DNA of 36,857 nucleotides from a virus (lineage: Duplodnaviria > Caudoviricetes), in the IMG/VR virus record IMGVR_UViG_3300048576_000182, positions 1-36,857 of that record; one strand, written 5' to 3'. Positions 24,070-33,882 of this stretch are shown here, piece after piece. Within the stretch, counting starts at the first letter, position 1; the number at the start of each line of letters is the position of its first letter. A program made the translations under genes and the position numbers. The notes under the pieces are model-generated. The model was not told where the DNA came from. It saw nothing but the letters and a program-made list of their open reading frames with translations, and made no database searches.

Positions 24070-25592
24070 TGTTTGGATGGTTCAAGAAGTCAGCCCCGGC
24101 CCCATCGCTACCAGCCAAGCGCACGAAACAAGCCAGGCGCGTCCGCGCCTATACCGCTGCGCAGGGTGGGCGGCTGCTTGGCTCATGGATTGGCACCGGC
24201 AACAGCGCGGACACTGAGATTTACAGCGCTTTGGAGATCCTGCGGCAGCGCGGGCGGGATCTGGCGCAGAATAACGGATATGCCCGGCGCTTCCTATCAA
24301 TGTGCAAGACCAACATCGTCGGCCACACCGGCGTAAGGCTCCAGAATAAAGCGTATCTGCCGGACGGCCAGAACCTCGACAAGAAGGCCAACGGGGTGAT
24401 AGAGGCCCGGTTCAAGCGTTTTTGCCGGATGGAAAATTGCTGTGTGTCCGGCGACCTGTCCATGATCGACCTCGAAAAAATGATTGTCGAAACGGTGATG
24501 CGCGACGGTGAAATCCTGATTCGCAAGGTCAAGAGTTTCCCGCACAATGCTTTCCGCTACGCCTTGCAGCCTATTGAAGCGGACCAACTCGACCACACCA
24601 TGAATTGCACCATGGCCAACGGTAACCGCGTGGTGATGGGCGTCGAAAAAGATGTGTGGGGGCGGCGCGTGGCTTATCACATACTGAGCGCCCACCCGGG
24701 CGAAGTCCTGACCGCTGATTATCACCGACGCGAGCGGGACCGCATCCGGGCAGGCGAGATCCTACACCTGTTCGTACCGGAGCGCGTCAATCAAACACGC
24801 GGCGTTTCCTGGCTGGCTCCCTCTGCTGCCCGCGCCAAGATGTTGGACGCTTACGAAGAGGCTGAGGTTATCGCGGCGCGGGTGTCTGCCTCGAAGATGG
24901 GCATTTTTACCCGACCCGAAGGGTCCGAAGACGACGACTTGACCGACGAAGAACTTGAAGAGTCCACCGACAGCGAAGATATGAATATTGAGGTGGAGCC
25001 CGGCACCTTTGACACGGCCCCGGACGGATACGACCTCAAAATGTTTGACCCAACCCACCCCAACACTGCATTTGGCGAATTTATGAAGGGCGGGTTGCGG
25101 GGCGTCGCGTCTGGGTGGGACTGCTCCTATGTGATGCTGGCCAACAACCTGGAAGGCGTCAACCTTTCGTCTATCCGCCACGGGGAGATGGCCGAGCGGG
25201 ATAAATGGAAAATCCTGCAAACGTGGCTGGTTGAGCATTTTTGCACCCCTGTTCAGGAGGATTGGTTGTTGTGGGAGATGCTTACCGGTGGCAATGGCCT
25301 TGACCCGGCAGATTTCCACCGTTTGAACGCCCCTTGCTGGCGGCCTCGTGGTTGGCAGTTTGTAGATATTGACAAGGAAAGCAAGGCAGTGACCCGCGAC
25401 GTGGGCAACCACACCCGCAGTATTTGGGATGTCGCGGCTCAGCGCGGCGACGACCTGGAAGAGGTTTTCGAGGGCAACGCGCGGGCTATTGAGCTTGCCA
25501 AGGAATACGGCCTAGAGCTGCATATTTTCGACGGTGAAGAGGAGCAAAATGGACAAGTTGACGCAACAGCAGCGGGATCAGATCAAAACTGA
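24069..25592 (+). CDS. Portal protein, lambda family
   Basis: LRQRGRDLAQNNGYA, RDGE, QTRGVSWLAP, VNLSSIR, WQFVD motifs. Confidence 0.95.
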   Translation: MFGWFKKSAPAPSLPAKRTKQARRVRAYTAAQGGRLLGSWIGTGNSADTEIYSALEILRQRGRDLAQNNGYARRFLSMCKTNIVGHTGVRLQNKAYLPDGQNLDKKANGVIEARFKRFCRMENCCVSGDLSMIDLEKMIVETVMRDGEILIRKVKSFPHNAFRYALQPIEADQLDHTMNCTMANGNRVVMGVEKDVWGRRVAYHILSAHPGEVLTADYHRRERDRIRAGEILHLFVPERVNQTRGVSWLAPSAARAKMLDAYEEAEVIAARVSASKMGIFTRPEGSEDDDLTDEELEESTDSEDMNIEVEPGTFDTAPDGYDLKMFDPTHPNTAFGEFMKGGLRGVASGWDCSYVMLANNLEGVNLSSIRHGEMAERDKWKILQTWLVEHFCTPVQEDWLLWEMLTGGNGLDPADFHRLNAPCWRPRGWQFVDIDKESKAVTRDVGNHTRSIWDVAAQRGDDLEEVFEGNARAIELAKEYGLELHIFDGEEEQNGQVDATAAGSDQN

Positions 25593-27444
25593 TCGGTTTT
25601 ACCGGTCCGCCCCGATAGTCCGGGAAGGGATCAACGAGGAGGCCCGCACGGTTGAAATAGCCTTTTCTTCCGAGGATCCTTACCTGCGCTGGTACGGATA
25701 CGAGATACTTGGCCACAAGGATGACGAGGTCGACATGGATTTCATGAAATCCGGATCCGCCCCCTTCCTGCTCCAGCACCGCCACAGCGACCAGATAGGC
25801 GTCATTGAGTCGGCGCGGATCGACAAGGACAGCAAAGGCAGGGCGGTGGTGCGGTTTTCCAAGTCGGCCAAGGCTGAGGAGATTTTCCAGGACATCATCG
25901 ACGGTATCCGCAAAAACATTTCTGTCGGTTACGAGGTATCGGAAATGACCCTCGTTGAACAAAAAAAGGACGAACCGGACGTGTACCGCATGAAGTGGCG
26001 ACCGTTCGAGGCGTCAAGTGTTTCTGTCCCTGCTGACACCTCGGTGGGCGTGGGGCGTTCGGGCGATGTGCCCATAAAACCTATTGAGGTGATAAGAATG
26101 GACCCCAAAGAGCAAGAGAAAAAAGAACAAGAGCAGCGCGAAGCTATCGAAAAAGCCCGCGAAACCGCAACGAAAGAGGCCCGCGAGTCTGAGGCCGGGC
26201 GTATCCGCTCTATCGCGGCCTTGGGCGATCAACACGGCTTTATCAAAGAGGCGTCCGAGGCTGTGCAGAAAGGCATGAGCGTTGACCAGTTCCGTCAGCA
26301 GGTGCTTGATGAGCTTGGCAAGCGCGGCCTAAAACCGGTGGGCAATTTTACCCCGGAAATAGGATTAAATCAGAAGGAAGCGCAACGCTTCTCTTTCCTG
26401 CGCGCCATCAACGCCCTGGCGAATCCCAATCGACCCGACGCACAGCGGGCAGCGGCCTTTGAAATCGAGTGCTCAGAGGCTGTAGGTAAGAAGTTGAAGA
26501 AGTCCAGCGACGGCTTTTTTATCCCTATCGAGGTTGCCACCCGTGACCTGACCGTAGGCACCGCGACCGCTGGCGGCAACCTGGTCGCCACCAATCTGCT
26601 TTCCGGGTCATTTATCGACATGCTGCGCAACCGCATGATGGTGCGGCGTATGGGAGCAACTGTACTCACTGACTTGGTGGGAGATATCGCCATTCCTCGC
26701 CAGACTGGCGGCGCTACCTGCTATTGGGTGGCGGAGTCTGGAGCGCCAACCGAGAGCGGCCAGACTTTCGACCAGGTAACCATGAGCCCAAACACCATTG
26801 GCGCCTTTACTGACATTTCCCGCAAGCTGTTGCTGCAATCGTCCATCGATATTGAGCAGTTCGTTCGTGGAGATTTGGCCAAAGCGGTCGGTTTGGGCAT
26901 TGACCTTGCCTCGATCAATGGCAGCGGATCAAATAACCAGCCTACCGGAATCCTGAACGTCTCCGGAATCGGCGCGGTTGTTGGCGGCGACAACGGCGCG
27001 GCCCCTGATTGGGCGGACTCGGTAAACTTATGGTCCGCTGTGGCCCAGGATAACGCCGACGCCGGAAGCCTGGGGTACCTGACCAATTCAAAGGTTATCG
27101 GCAAGCTGATGCAGACCGAGAAGGCCAGCGGAACGGCTCAATTTGTATGCAAAGATTTCCCTGACGCCGAAGGCATGACAGCCATCGGTGGCGCTCGTTG
27201 CGGCGTCTCCAATCAGGTGCCGTCCACGCTGACCAAAGGGACCAGCTCCAGCGTCTGCTCGGCGATCATCTACGGCAATTGGGCTGACTTGATTATTGGT
27301 ATGTGGGGCGGGTTGTCTTTGACCGTTGACCCTTATACTGGCGCAACTTCCGGCACTGTCCGGGTTGTCGTGCTCCAGGACGTGGATATCGCTGTGCGTC
27401 ACGCCGAGAGTTTCGCGGCCATGGTCGATGCGCTGACCGCATAA
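25549..27444 (+). CDS. Fused HK97-type prohead protease - scaffold - major capsid protein
   Basis: AFSSE, LLQH, ISVGY, EASSVSVPAD protease motifs; GGNLVAT, IPRQ, WVAE, YGNWADL capsid motifs; GAGGAG RBS. Confidence 0.93.
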   Translation: MDKLTQQQRDQIKTDRFYRSAPIVREGINEEARTVEIAFSSEDPYLRWYGYEILGHKDDEVDMDFMKSGSAPFLLQHRHSDQIGVIESARIDKDSKGRAVVRFSKSAKAEEIFQDIIDGIRKNISVGYEVSEMTLVEQKKDEPDVYRMKWRPFEASSVSVPADTSVGVGRSGDVPIKPIEVIRMDPKEQEKKEQEQREAIEKARETATKEARESEAGRIRSIAALGDQHGFIKEASEAVQKGMSVDQFRQQVLDELGKRGLKPVGNFTPEIGLNQKEAQRFSFLRAINALANPNRPDAQRAAAFEIECSEAVGKKLKKSSDGFFIPIEVATRDLTVGTATAGGNLVATNLLSGSFIDMLRNRMMVRRMGATVLTDLVGDIAIPRQTGGATCYWVAESGAPTESGQTFDQVTMSPNTIGAFTDISRKLLLQSSIDIEQFVRGDLAKAVGLGIDLASINGSGSNNQPTGILNVSGIGAVVGGDNGAAPDWADSVNLWSAVAQDNADAGSLGYLTNSKVIGKLMQTEKASGTAQFVCKDFPDAEGMTAIGGARCGVSNQVPSTLTKGTSSSVCSAIIYGNWADLIIGMWGGLSLTVDPYTGATSGTVRVVVLQDVDIAVRHAESFAAMVDALTA

Positions 27445-27468
27445 ACGGCGAGTGCTGACAACAGAAAA

Positions 27469-27498
27469 TTCCGGGTCGCTTGTTGAAGTGTCCCGGAA
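27469..27498 (+). other. Hairpin after the capsid gene
   Basis: ttccggg-tcgctt-gttg-aagtgt-cccggaa. Confidence 0.5.
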
Positions 27499-27517
27499 AA
27501 ACAAAGGAGTTGGAATA

Positions 27518-27703
27518 ATGGCAAAGGTGAAAATTATATCGGCAACGATGATCAAAGGCAAGGCGGTTGCCGTGGGCGAAACAGTGGAGCTTGACGAGCG
27601 GCTGGCCAAGGATCTGCTGCGGCGCGGTCGGGCTGTTCCGGCTGGCGAGCAAACTAAGAGCGGAGAGGGTGACGACCTGGGCAGCAAGGATGACGAAAAA
27701 TAA
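27518..27703 (+). CDS. Small head-associated protein
   Basis: AAGGAG RBS; 'GETVELDERLAKDLLRRGRA' is typical of small post-capsid proteins. Confidence 0.7.
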   Translation: MAKVKIISATMIKGKAVAVGETVELDERLAKDLLRRGRAVPAGEQTKSGEGDDLGSKDDEK

Positions 27704-28011
27704 TGCCCCCGATTGAGCTTGAGCTGAACCAGATGATCAACGCAGACTCTGGCGTGCCGCTGGTAGTGAACGGGGCGGCAACCGGTGCTTACATCATCCC
27801 CATGCTGGATGGTTCAACCGAGCTGAACGGGGAAGTCGTCGAACACTCCGGACCGTATGCCATGGCCATCATGGCCGAGATCAAGGCCCTGGACTTGTCG
27901 GCTGGCGACGACGGCGACCTGCTCACCATCGGCGGCTCCGACTATGTGCTCCTCGCCGTCGACTCTGATGGTCACGGTGGGGCGCTGCTCCGACTGGCGG
28001 AACAGCCATGA
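27703..28011 (+). CDS. Head-tail joining (gpFII-like) protein
   Basis: GDLLTIGGSDYVL..DGHGG.LLRL; position. Confidence 0.65.
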   Translation: MPPIELELNQMINADSGVPLVVNGAATGAYIIPMLDGSTELNGEVVEHSGPYAMAIMAEIKALDLSAGDDGDLLTIGGSDYVLLAVDSDGHGGALLRLAEQP

Positions 28012-28430
28012 TGCGCGCCGACATCGTCAAATCCATTCAGGGCCTGCTCAGTGCAACCAGCGTGTTTTCGACCGTGTGCGGCATCGGCAGCGATAAGCCG
28101 ACCTACCCGCTTGCTCGGGTATGGGCCAATGGCTGCCCAGCCAAAAATATCGAGAACAACCCCAAGGCCCTGATTGATCTGCGGGTTGCCGTGCAGATCG
28201 AAACGCATCCTGCGATTGACGAAGATGGAAACACCGACGAAACGGCGCTCTACGACTTGGTGGATCGTGCATTCAAGGCGCTGCACAATGTGAGATTTTC
28301 CGGCAAAGGATCGCTACCGCTCATCGTGTACGACAACCCAGGACTGAGCGCATACGAGCAATCTAAGCCGCTTGTATACCTGATGCAGGTTTCTGTCCGG
28401 GTTATCCCGGCCTCATTTTCTTTAACGTAA
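28008..28430 (+). CDS. Tail terminator-like protein
   Basis: Size, position before the tail tube, YPLARVW and LYDLVD..ALH pattern. Confidence 0.6.
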   Translation: MMRADIVKSIQGLLSATSVFSTVCGIGSDKPTYPLARVWANGCPAKNIENNPKALIDLRVAVQIETHPAIDEDGNTDETALYDLVDRAFKALHNVRFSGKGSLPLIVYDNPGLSAYEQSKPLVYLMQVSVRVIPASFSLT

Positions 28431-28457
28431 ACTGGCCGGTTGGCCGGGAGTAACACC

Positions 28458-29225
28458 ATGGGAGATACCCCCTTTTCGTTCATCGGCTCAGCCGATGTGT
28501 ACATGGACATCCTGGATGACGATGGAAACCCTACTGGTCTGGCGCTGCAGGGTGACTGCTCGCAATTCACGCCAAAGCCGGATTCCGAGCGCAAAGAGCG
28601 CACCGGCCACGGCCGCAGCAATTATGGCCAAGTGATCGCCTCGGCCACCCTGCCCAAGCCAATGACCGCTACGGTTGTTTTTGGCCAATTGAGCGCCCAG
28701 ATGTTTGCGGCCGCTTTTTTTGCTACCAGCGAGGCGTATACCCAAACAGCCGGAACCATCACCCCAGCCATTGCAATTACCGCCATCCATGACCGCTGGG
28801 TGGAAATTGGCTTGAACATGGTTGACGCGCTGGTTGTCAAAGACTCGACCGACACCGAAACCTACACCGCCAGCGGGGCCGATCCTGACTATGAGGTGAA
28901 CACGCGGCTGGGCATGATCAAGGCGCTGTCAACGGGAGCCATCGCCGACGGCGATGTGCTGCACGTCACCGGCAACAAGCTGGCCATTACCACTGGATCG
29001 GTGATGCAGGCTATGACCAAGGCAAATATCCGCGTCCGCTTCAAGCTTGACGGCCAGAACTACGACGACGGACGCAATTTTATCACCGACGTCTATCAGA
29101 TGCGGCTCAACCCCACCAGCGACTTTTCCTTGATTGGTGAGGATTTCGTTGACGTGACCTTTGAGGGATCGCTGGAGACGCCGGCAGGGTACACAACGCC
29201 GATGAAGCATGTCTGGCTGAGCTGA
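28458..29225 (+). CDS. Major tail tube protein
   Basis: SFIGSADVY..GDCSQF, YEVNTRLGMIK, FSLIGEDF..FEG; GGGAG RBS; position. Confidence 0.8.
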   Translation: MGDTPFSFIGSADVYMDILDDDGNPTGLALQGDCSQFTPKPDSERKERTGHGRSNYGQVIASATLPKPMTATVVFGQLSAQMFAAAFFATSEAYTQTAGTITPAIAITAIHDRWVEIGLNMVDALVVKDSTDTETYTASGADPDYEVNTRLGMIKALSTGAIADGDVLHVTGNKLAITTGSVMQAMTKANIRVRFKLDGQNYDDGRNFITDVYQMRLNPTSDFSLIGEDFVDVTFEGSLETPAGYTTPMKHVWLS

Positions 29226-29286
29226 TTTGGTGGGTTGATAGTCTGTAGCTGGTGAGGATTGTAGCTGAACTATAAGAAGGGGCAAT

Positions 29287-29691
29287 ATGCGCAAAACCAA
29301 AGCAGTAACGGTCAATGAAAAAACCTATGTAGCGCGGGAACTGACCCCGCTGGATATCGATGGCTTGTGTGACGTTGCTTTGCGTCAAAAAAAAACCATT
29401 GTCGATGATTTTCTCGACGTGCATTTCCTTGACGCGGTGCTGCTGGGGGCGATGCTGGACGTGCCTCCGGAGCACTGCGCGGAGATTATCGGCGGGTTGA
29501 CCACCTCGGAGTACATGCCGATTATCGAGGCGGCCAAGGAGATGAACCCGGATTTTTTCGTCATGGCCCGGCGGCGGGTCGAGCTCGCCGGGCAACTGGA
29601 CGCAATCAGCCGGATGCTCGCCAGCGCCTCAGAGAAAGCGTCGCCGTCCTCATTGACCACGGACACCAGCACGCCTGGAACTACGGAATGA
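29287..29691 (+). CDS. Tail assembly chaperone (gpG-like)
   Basis: YVARELT..KEMNPDFF; lies between tube and tape measure. Confidence 0.8.
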   Translation: MRKTKAVTVNEKTYVARELTPLDIDGLCDVALRQKKTIVDDFLDVHFLDAVLLGAMLDVPPEHCAEIIGGLTTSEYMPIIEAAKEMNPDFFVMARRRVELAGQLDAISRMLASASEKASPSSLTTDTSTPGTTE

Positions 29692-29741
29692 GTTTTTTTC
29701 ATCTTGTGCTCAAACGGATAGCCGCTCGTTATGGCAAGTAA
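29553..29741 (+). CDS. -1 frame extension of the tail chaperone (gpGT-like)
   Basis: Slippery T TTT TTC at 29553-29559; -1 frame open to TAA 29741, encoding LIDHGHQHAWNYGMSFF. Confidence 0.6.
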   Translation, partial: FFRHGPAAGRARRATGRNQPDARQRLRESVAVLIDHGHQHAWNYGMSFFHLVLKRIAARYGK

Positions 29742-32472
29742 AAAATCTAACATCGAGATAATTCTTTCGGCTAGGGACGACAACCTCACATCGTCGTTGC
29801 GGAAGTCTGGGCAACAGGTGGGATCGTACCAGCAGCAAATAGCCAAGCTCACCGCCGAAGTAAAAAGCCTGGGATTAATGACTGAAAAGTCTTTTCTCAA
29901 GCAAAGCATGGCCTCGCTGGACGCCAAGCCGTTCAGCGAAATTCGTGCCGAAATGCGCCGCCTCACTCAGACTTACGTCGACCTGAAAACGTCTGGGGTA
30001 GCCTCTGCATCCGAGTTGTCCAAAGCGCTTGAAAACCTCCGCGCCAAGAATAAAGCCTTGGCGGCGTCCATGTCGGCACCATCAAAACTATCCTCAGCTC
30101 GCTCCCTGTTGGGGGTGAAATCATCCGCTGAGATTGCCGCTGAGGTTAAACAGCTGCAGTCGGCCTACCTCGCCATTAAAACGGCTGGAACATCCAGCAT
30201 GTCGGATATTGCTGTTGCATCCGCAGCCTTGAAGGCAAAAACCCGCGAGTTGACCGGTGAGCAGCAAAAAATGAATTCAACTTTCCTATCCGGAATCGCC
30301 GGCAAAGCGGGTGCCGCGTTGCTTGGCGTGTTGGCTGTCCGGGAGATTGCGGGATACGCCAACGAGGTGAGGAAGATTGCTGATGAATACGTCAACCTCA
30401 ACTCTCGCCTTAAGCTGGTGACAGCCGACGAACAGGAGCTTGCTACTGTCCGCTCTCGCCTCTACGAGATCAGCCAAGAGACGGGAACTGATTTCGCTGG
30501 AAACGCGGACAGCTACGCAAAGTTGGCCAGGGCAGTAAAAGACCTCGGAGGTGACGCGGAAGACACTCTGCAGATCGTGGAGATGGTCAACAAATCCTTG
30601 ACTATCAATGGATCAACAACCGCCATGTCGTCGGCCTTCATGCTCCAATTTGCCCAAGCAATGGGTTCTGGCGTGCTCCAAGGTGATGAGTTTCGTTCGA
30701 TGCTGGAAAATAATGGGTTTTTCGCGGCGGAACTCGCCAAGGCTCTTGATACCGACATTGCCGGCCTGCGGGCAATGTCAAAAGCCGGCGAGTTGACCGC
30801 TGATGTTTTGCGCGCCGCTTTTCCCAAAATGGCTGGAGCGATTAACGATGAGTTCGCGCAAATCTCCCCCACCATTGGCCGGGCAGTAACTATGCTCAGT
30901 AATGCTTTTAAACAGATCATTGCCGAATCAAACGAGTCGAGCAAGGGAACCGATAAAATCGCGGCATCAATCACCTCAATTGCCCGCTCAATCGAACAAA
31001 ACAGGGAAGGCATCATTGGGCTATTTTCTTTTATCGCGGAAATGGCCGCTGGAGCCACCGACAAGGTTGTCCGGCTGGCTGCTGGCGTAAACAACATTGT
31101 GCAAAGTGGAGCCGGGTGGGACGCAGTATTCAGCGGTGATCTTTCATTTTTTGAGTTTGCCACCATGAACTCGAAAGAGCTCAACGAGTGGCTGAAAAAA
31201 AATAAAAAGTCGTTTGAAGAAGTCGGGGCAGCCGGCAAGGAGTCTGGAGAAAAGGTTGCAGGCGGAGCCCAAGCATCGGCGACCGTCATGAGACAGGCGA
31301 CCGGAAAAGCTCTCGAAGCGATGAAGAAGCAGTACCAGGACTATGCCAACAAGATCCGCGACCTACAGGACCAGATTGCCGACCATCAAAAATCGGTGGC
31401 TGCTCAACTGCGGGAAATGTCCCGGTCCGGCATGTCGGACGTCAGCGCCTGGAAGGATCAAAAAAAGGAAGCCGAGGAGTATATGGCGGCCGCTAAACAA
31501 GCGGCCGCAGCGGCGCAATCAGCGTTTTCCAGCGGCGACACCATCACCGGCGAGGCCAAATTTAAAGAGGCCCGCCAGTACGCTGACGACGCCCGCTCTG
31601 CCTATGCGGAACTGAACACCGAGGTAAAGGACGGCGACCGGGTGATGATAACCAGTCAACAAGCCTTGAAAACCTCATTTGACGGCGTGAAGCAGGCTGG
31701 AGCCCTGGGGTTTGAAATCCTCACCAAACAGGAAGCCGCCGCAAAATCCTTCATGGACGAGTTAAAAAACAAATCCGGTTTTGCTGACCTGACTGAAGGC
31801 ATGTCCGAGGCGGAAAAAAAGTGGCTGGAAAACTGGCAAACCATGAGCACCTACACCTTGGACAAAATCAAGGAAATCGATCTCAAGCTCGACGAGGTGG
31901 CCAACAAGAAGCGCACCGCCAAGCTGGTAATTGATTACGAAGACGGCAGCCGCTCGGTGTCGAGCAGCTCCTACAGCAAAGGCGGCCGCATCGGCGCCTA
32001 CCGCAACGGCGGCATGATCCAGCAGATCCAGGCCATGGCCAGCGGCGGCGGCGTGCGCTCCATCCTGGCTGGCGGCCGGCTGCCAGGATTTGGCGGCGGA
32101 GATCGCAGGTTGTTGCTGGGCGAGGACGGCGAGGTGATGTTGCGCAAGGAGTCGGTCAAAGCTGGCGGCCTGCGCGCCGCCCTGGCCTTCAACGCCGGCC
32201 GGTTCGACATCGTCCTGGACGAACTGTCCAAGCGGACCAAAGCCAACATCGGTTACCGCCTCGGCGGCCTAATCGACAGCCTGCCGCAGATCCCGCAGCG
32301 CCTTACCGCCGGTGGTCCGGTTGCACCCTCATCCACCGGTGAATTGGCCAACTTCGGGACCATCAATTTGAACCTGGGCAATGTGGTGTCGGCACCCATG
32401 GTAACCACTCGCGAATCTGCCCGCAACCTGATGCGCGAGTTGACTCGGATGCAGCAGAGGTCCAGCCGATGA
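29731..32472 (+). CDS. Tail tape measure protein
   Basis: 913 aa, Ala-rich; QFAQAMGSGVLQGDEFRSMLEN tape-measure motif; C-terminal xxGG repeats. Confidence 0.95.
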   Translation: MASKKSNIEIILSARDDNLTSSLRKSGQQVGSYQQQIAKLTAEVKSLGLMTEKSFLKQSMASLDAKPFSEIRAEMRRLTQTYVDLKTSGVASASELSKALENLRAKNKALAASMSAPSKLSSARSLLGVKSSAEIAAEVKQLQSAYLAIKTAGTSSMSDIAVASAALKAKTRELTGEQQKMNSTFLSGIAGKAGAALLGVLAVREIAGYANEVRKIADEYVNLNSRLKLVTADEQELATVRSRLYEISQETGTDFAGNADSYAKLARAVKDLGGDAEDTLQIVEMVNKSLTINGSTTAMSSAFMLQFAQAMGSGVLQGDEFRSMLENNGFFAAELAKALDTDIAGLRAMSKAGELTADVLRAAFPKMAGAINDEFAQISPTIGRAVTMLSNAFKQIIAESNESSKGTDKIAASITSIARSIEQNREGIIGLFSFIAEMAAGATDKVVRLAAGVNNIVQSGAGWDAVFSGDLSFFEFATMNSKELNEWLKKNKKSFEEVGAAGKESGEKVAGGAQASATVMRQATGKALEAMKKQYQDYANKIRDLQDQIADHQKSVAAQLREMSRSGMSDVSAWKDQKKEAEEYMAAAKQAAAAAQSAFSSGDTITGEAKFKEARQYADDARSAYAELNTEVKDGDRVMITSQQALKTSFDGVKQAGALGFEILTKQEAAAKSFMDELKNKSGFADLTEGMSEAEKKWLENWQTMSTYTLDKIKEIDLKLDEVANKKRTAKLVIDYEDGSRSVSSSSYSKGGRIGAYRNGGMIQQIQAMASGGGVRSILAGGRLPGFGGGDRRLLLGEDGEVMLRKESVKAGGLRAALAFNAGRFDIVLDELSKRTKANIGYRLGGLIDSLPQIPQRLTAGGPVAPSSTGELANFGTINLNLGNVVSAPMVTTRESARNLMRELTRMQQRSSR

Positions 32473-32822
32473 CTGTTTCCTTGGACAGCATAGCCTTGTC
32501 CGACGAACTGACCCTGGACATCGGACCAGCCCCAGCAGCGATTAACCAGCGCAGGTTGATCGGCGGCGCGTCGTGCGTGCAGGCTGACGGCAGCAGCGGT
32601 GGCCGCACCCTGACCCTATCCGGAGAACATGACTGGACCCTTGGCCAGATCGAACAGATTCGCGCCCTGGAATCATCTGCCGCAACAGTGACGTTGGTGC
32701 ATCATCGCGGGACTTTCCGGGTGGTAATCAGCTCCACATCCGAGTTGGAGCCAACAGTCAATTATAAAGACCCAACCAGCGACTCCTGGTACACCGGTCC
32801 CATCACCCTAATCGAGAGATAA
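32469..32822 (+). CDS. Putative distal tail protein
   Basis: Directly follows the tape measure; GGRTLTL motif; 117 aa. Confidence 0.6.
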   Translation: MTVSLDSIALSDELTLDIGPAPAAINQRRLIGGASCVQADGSSGGRTLTLSGEHDWTLGQIEQIRALESSAATVTLVHHRGTFRVVISSTSELEPTVNYKDPTSDSWYTGPITLIER

Positions 32823-32823
32823 A

Positions 32824-33882
32824 ATGCCCATCGCCACCACTGATCTCAAGGCGTTTTACGCCGCCGACATGAGCAACGGCTCTACCTCCGGCGGCCGGAT
32901 TACCTTTAACCAAATCACCTCAGGCGCCCTGCAATGCACCTTCCCGCACGCCTTCCGAGCGGTGCGGACCACCGGCAACCTCGCCAATCCGGACCACCGC
33001 AAGCTCTTTTTCCGCAACTGCAACGATGCCGACGAAACCGGATTTGCCCCGCTGCAATACCTCTTCCGCCCCAATCCCAGCCAGGCCTGGTGTTACAAGG
33101 TGATCGGCACCCAGCGATCAACCCGCGCCGACCTCACCGGCAGCGAGGCCAGGTATGGGGCCGGCCTGTTGGCCGCGTCGGTCGGCGTCGGGGCCACGGT
33201 GCTGATTGTCAGCGTCAAGCATGCCGACCTGACCAGCTGCTTTGCGGTGGGCCGGCCGATCCGGATTGCCAGCAAACTGTTGCCCAGCTCCACCACTGGC
33301 GTGGAGGAGGAGTTTGTGCCGACCGCTGTCACGGTCAGCGACTTGCAAGTAACTATCACCATCCCATCCCCTGGGGTGGCCAACCCTTACACCGCCGGGG
33401 CCTCGACCGATTACACCACCGGATGCGTGGTGTTCAGCGTCTACTATCCCGCCTCGGGCGAGCTGGAGTGCGTGATCGACAATTGGAGCGAGTCCACCGG
33501 GACGGTCTACGATGAGGCAGAACACCCGGTAATCTGCGACAACATCGGCACAGCCGAACAGACCTGGACCATCGCCCGCCTGTCTGACACGCAGTTTTCG
33601 TGCACCGGGGACACCATTGGGGCGTTGCCTACCGGATCAACCAGTTCCGATTATGCTCCGGTGCACCCCGCAACCCCTATTACTCCGGCCAGCGGCAAGC
33701 CATTTTTTACGCTGGAAGCCGCAGGCTGGCTGACCACTATCCCAGTGGGCTACACCCTGGTGTTCCAAACTCATCCACCGGCTATCCCCACCCACGAGTT
33801 CCGCTGCATCCCTCCGGCCTGCGGACCGATGGCCGGCGACGGGATTACCCTCTGTATTGAGGTCGAGACCGTCGCTGTATGA
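32824..33882 (+). CDS. Virion structural (tail) protein
   Basis: MPIATTDLK..SGGRI..ITSG..FP..RKLFF N-terminus; Thr/Gly-rich. Confidence 0.65.
   Translation: MPIATTDLKAFYAADMSNGSTSGGRITFNQITSGALQCTFPHAFRAVRTTGNLANPDHRKLFFRNCNDADETGFAPLQYLFRPNPSQAWCYKVIGTQRSTRADLTGSEARYGAGLLAASVGVGATVLIVSVKHADLTSCFAVGRPIRIASKLLPSSTTGVEEEFVPTAVTVSDLQVTITIPSPGVANPYTAGASTDYTTGCVVFSVYYPASGELECVIDNWSESTGTVYDEAEHPVICDNIGTAEQTWTIARLSDTQFSCTGDTIGALPTGSTSSDYAPVHPATPITPASGKPFFTLEAAGWLTTIPVGYTLVFQTHPPAIPTHEFRCIPPACGPMAGDGITLCIEVETVAV

Noticed and set aside
30513-31289. Long antisense ORFs (also 14765-15481, 18560-19351, 21769-22401, 24762-25412)
   Set aside because: Antisense shadows of well-supported genes, with no motifs
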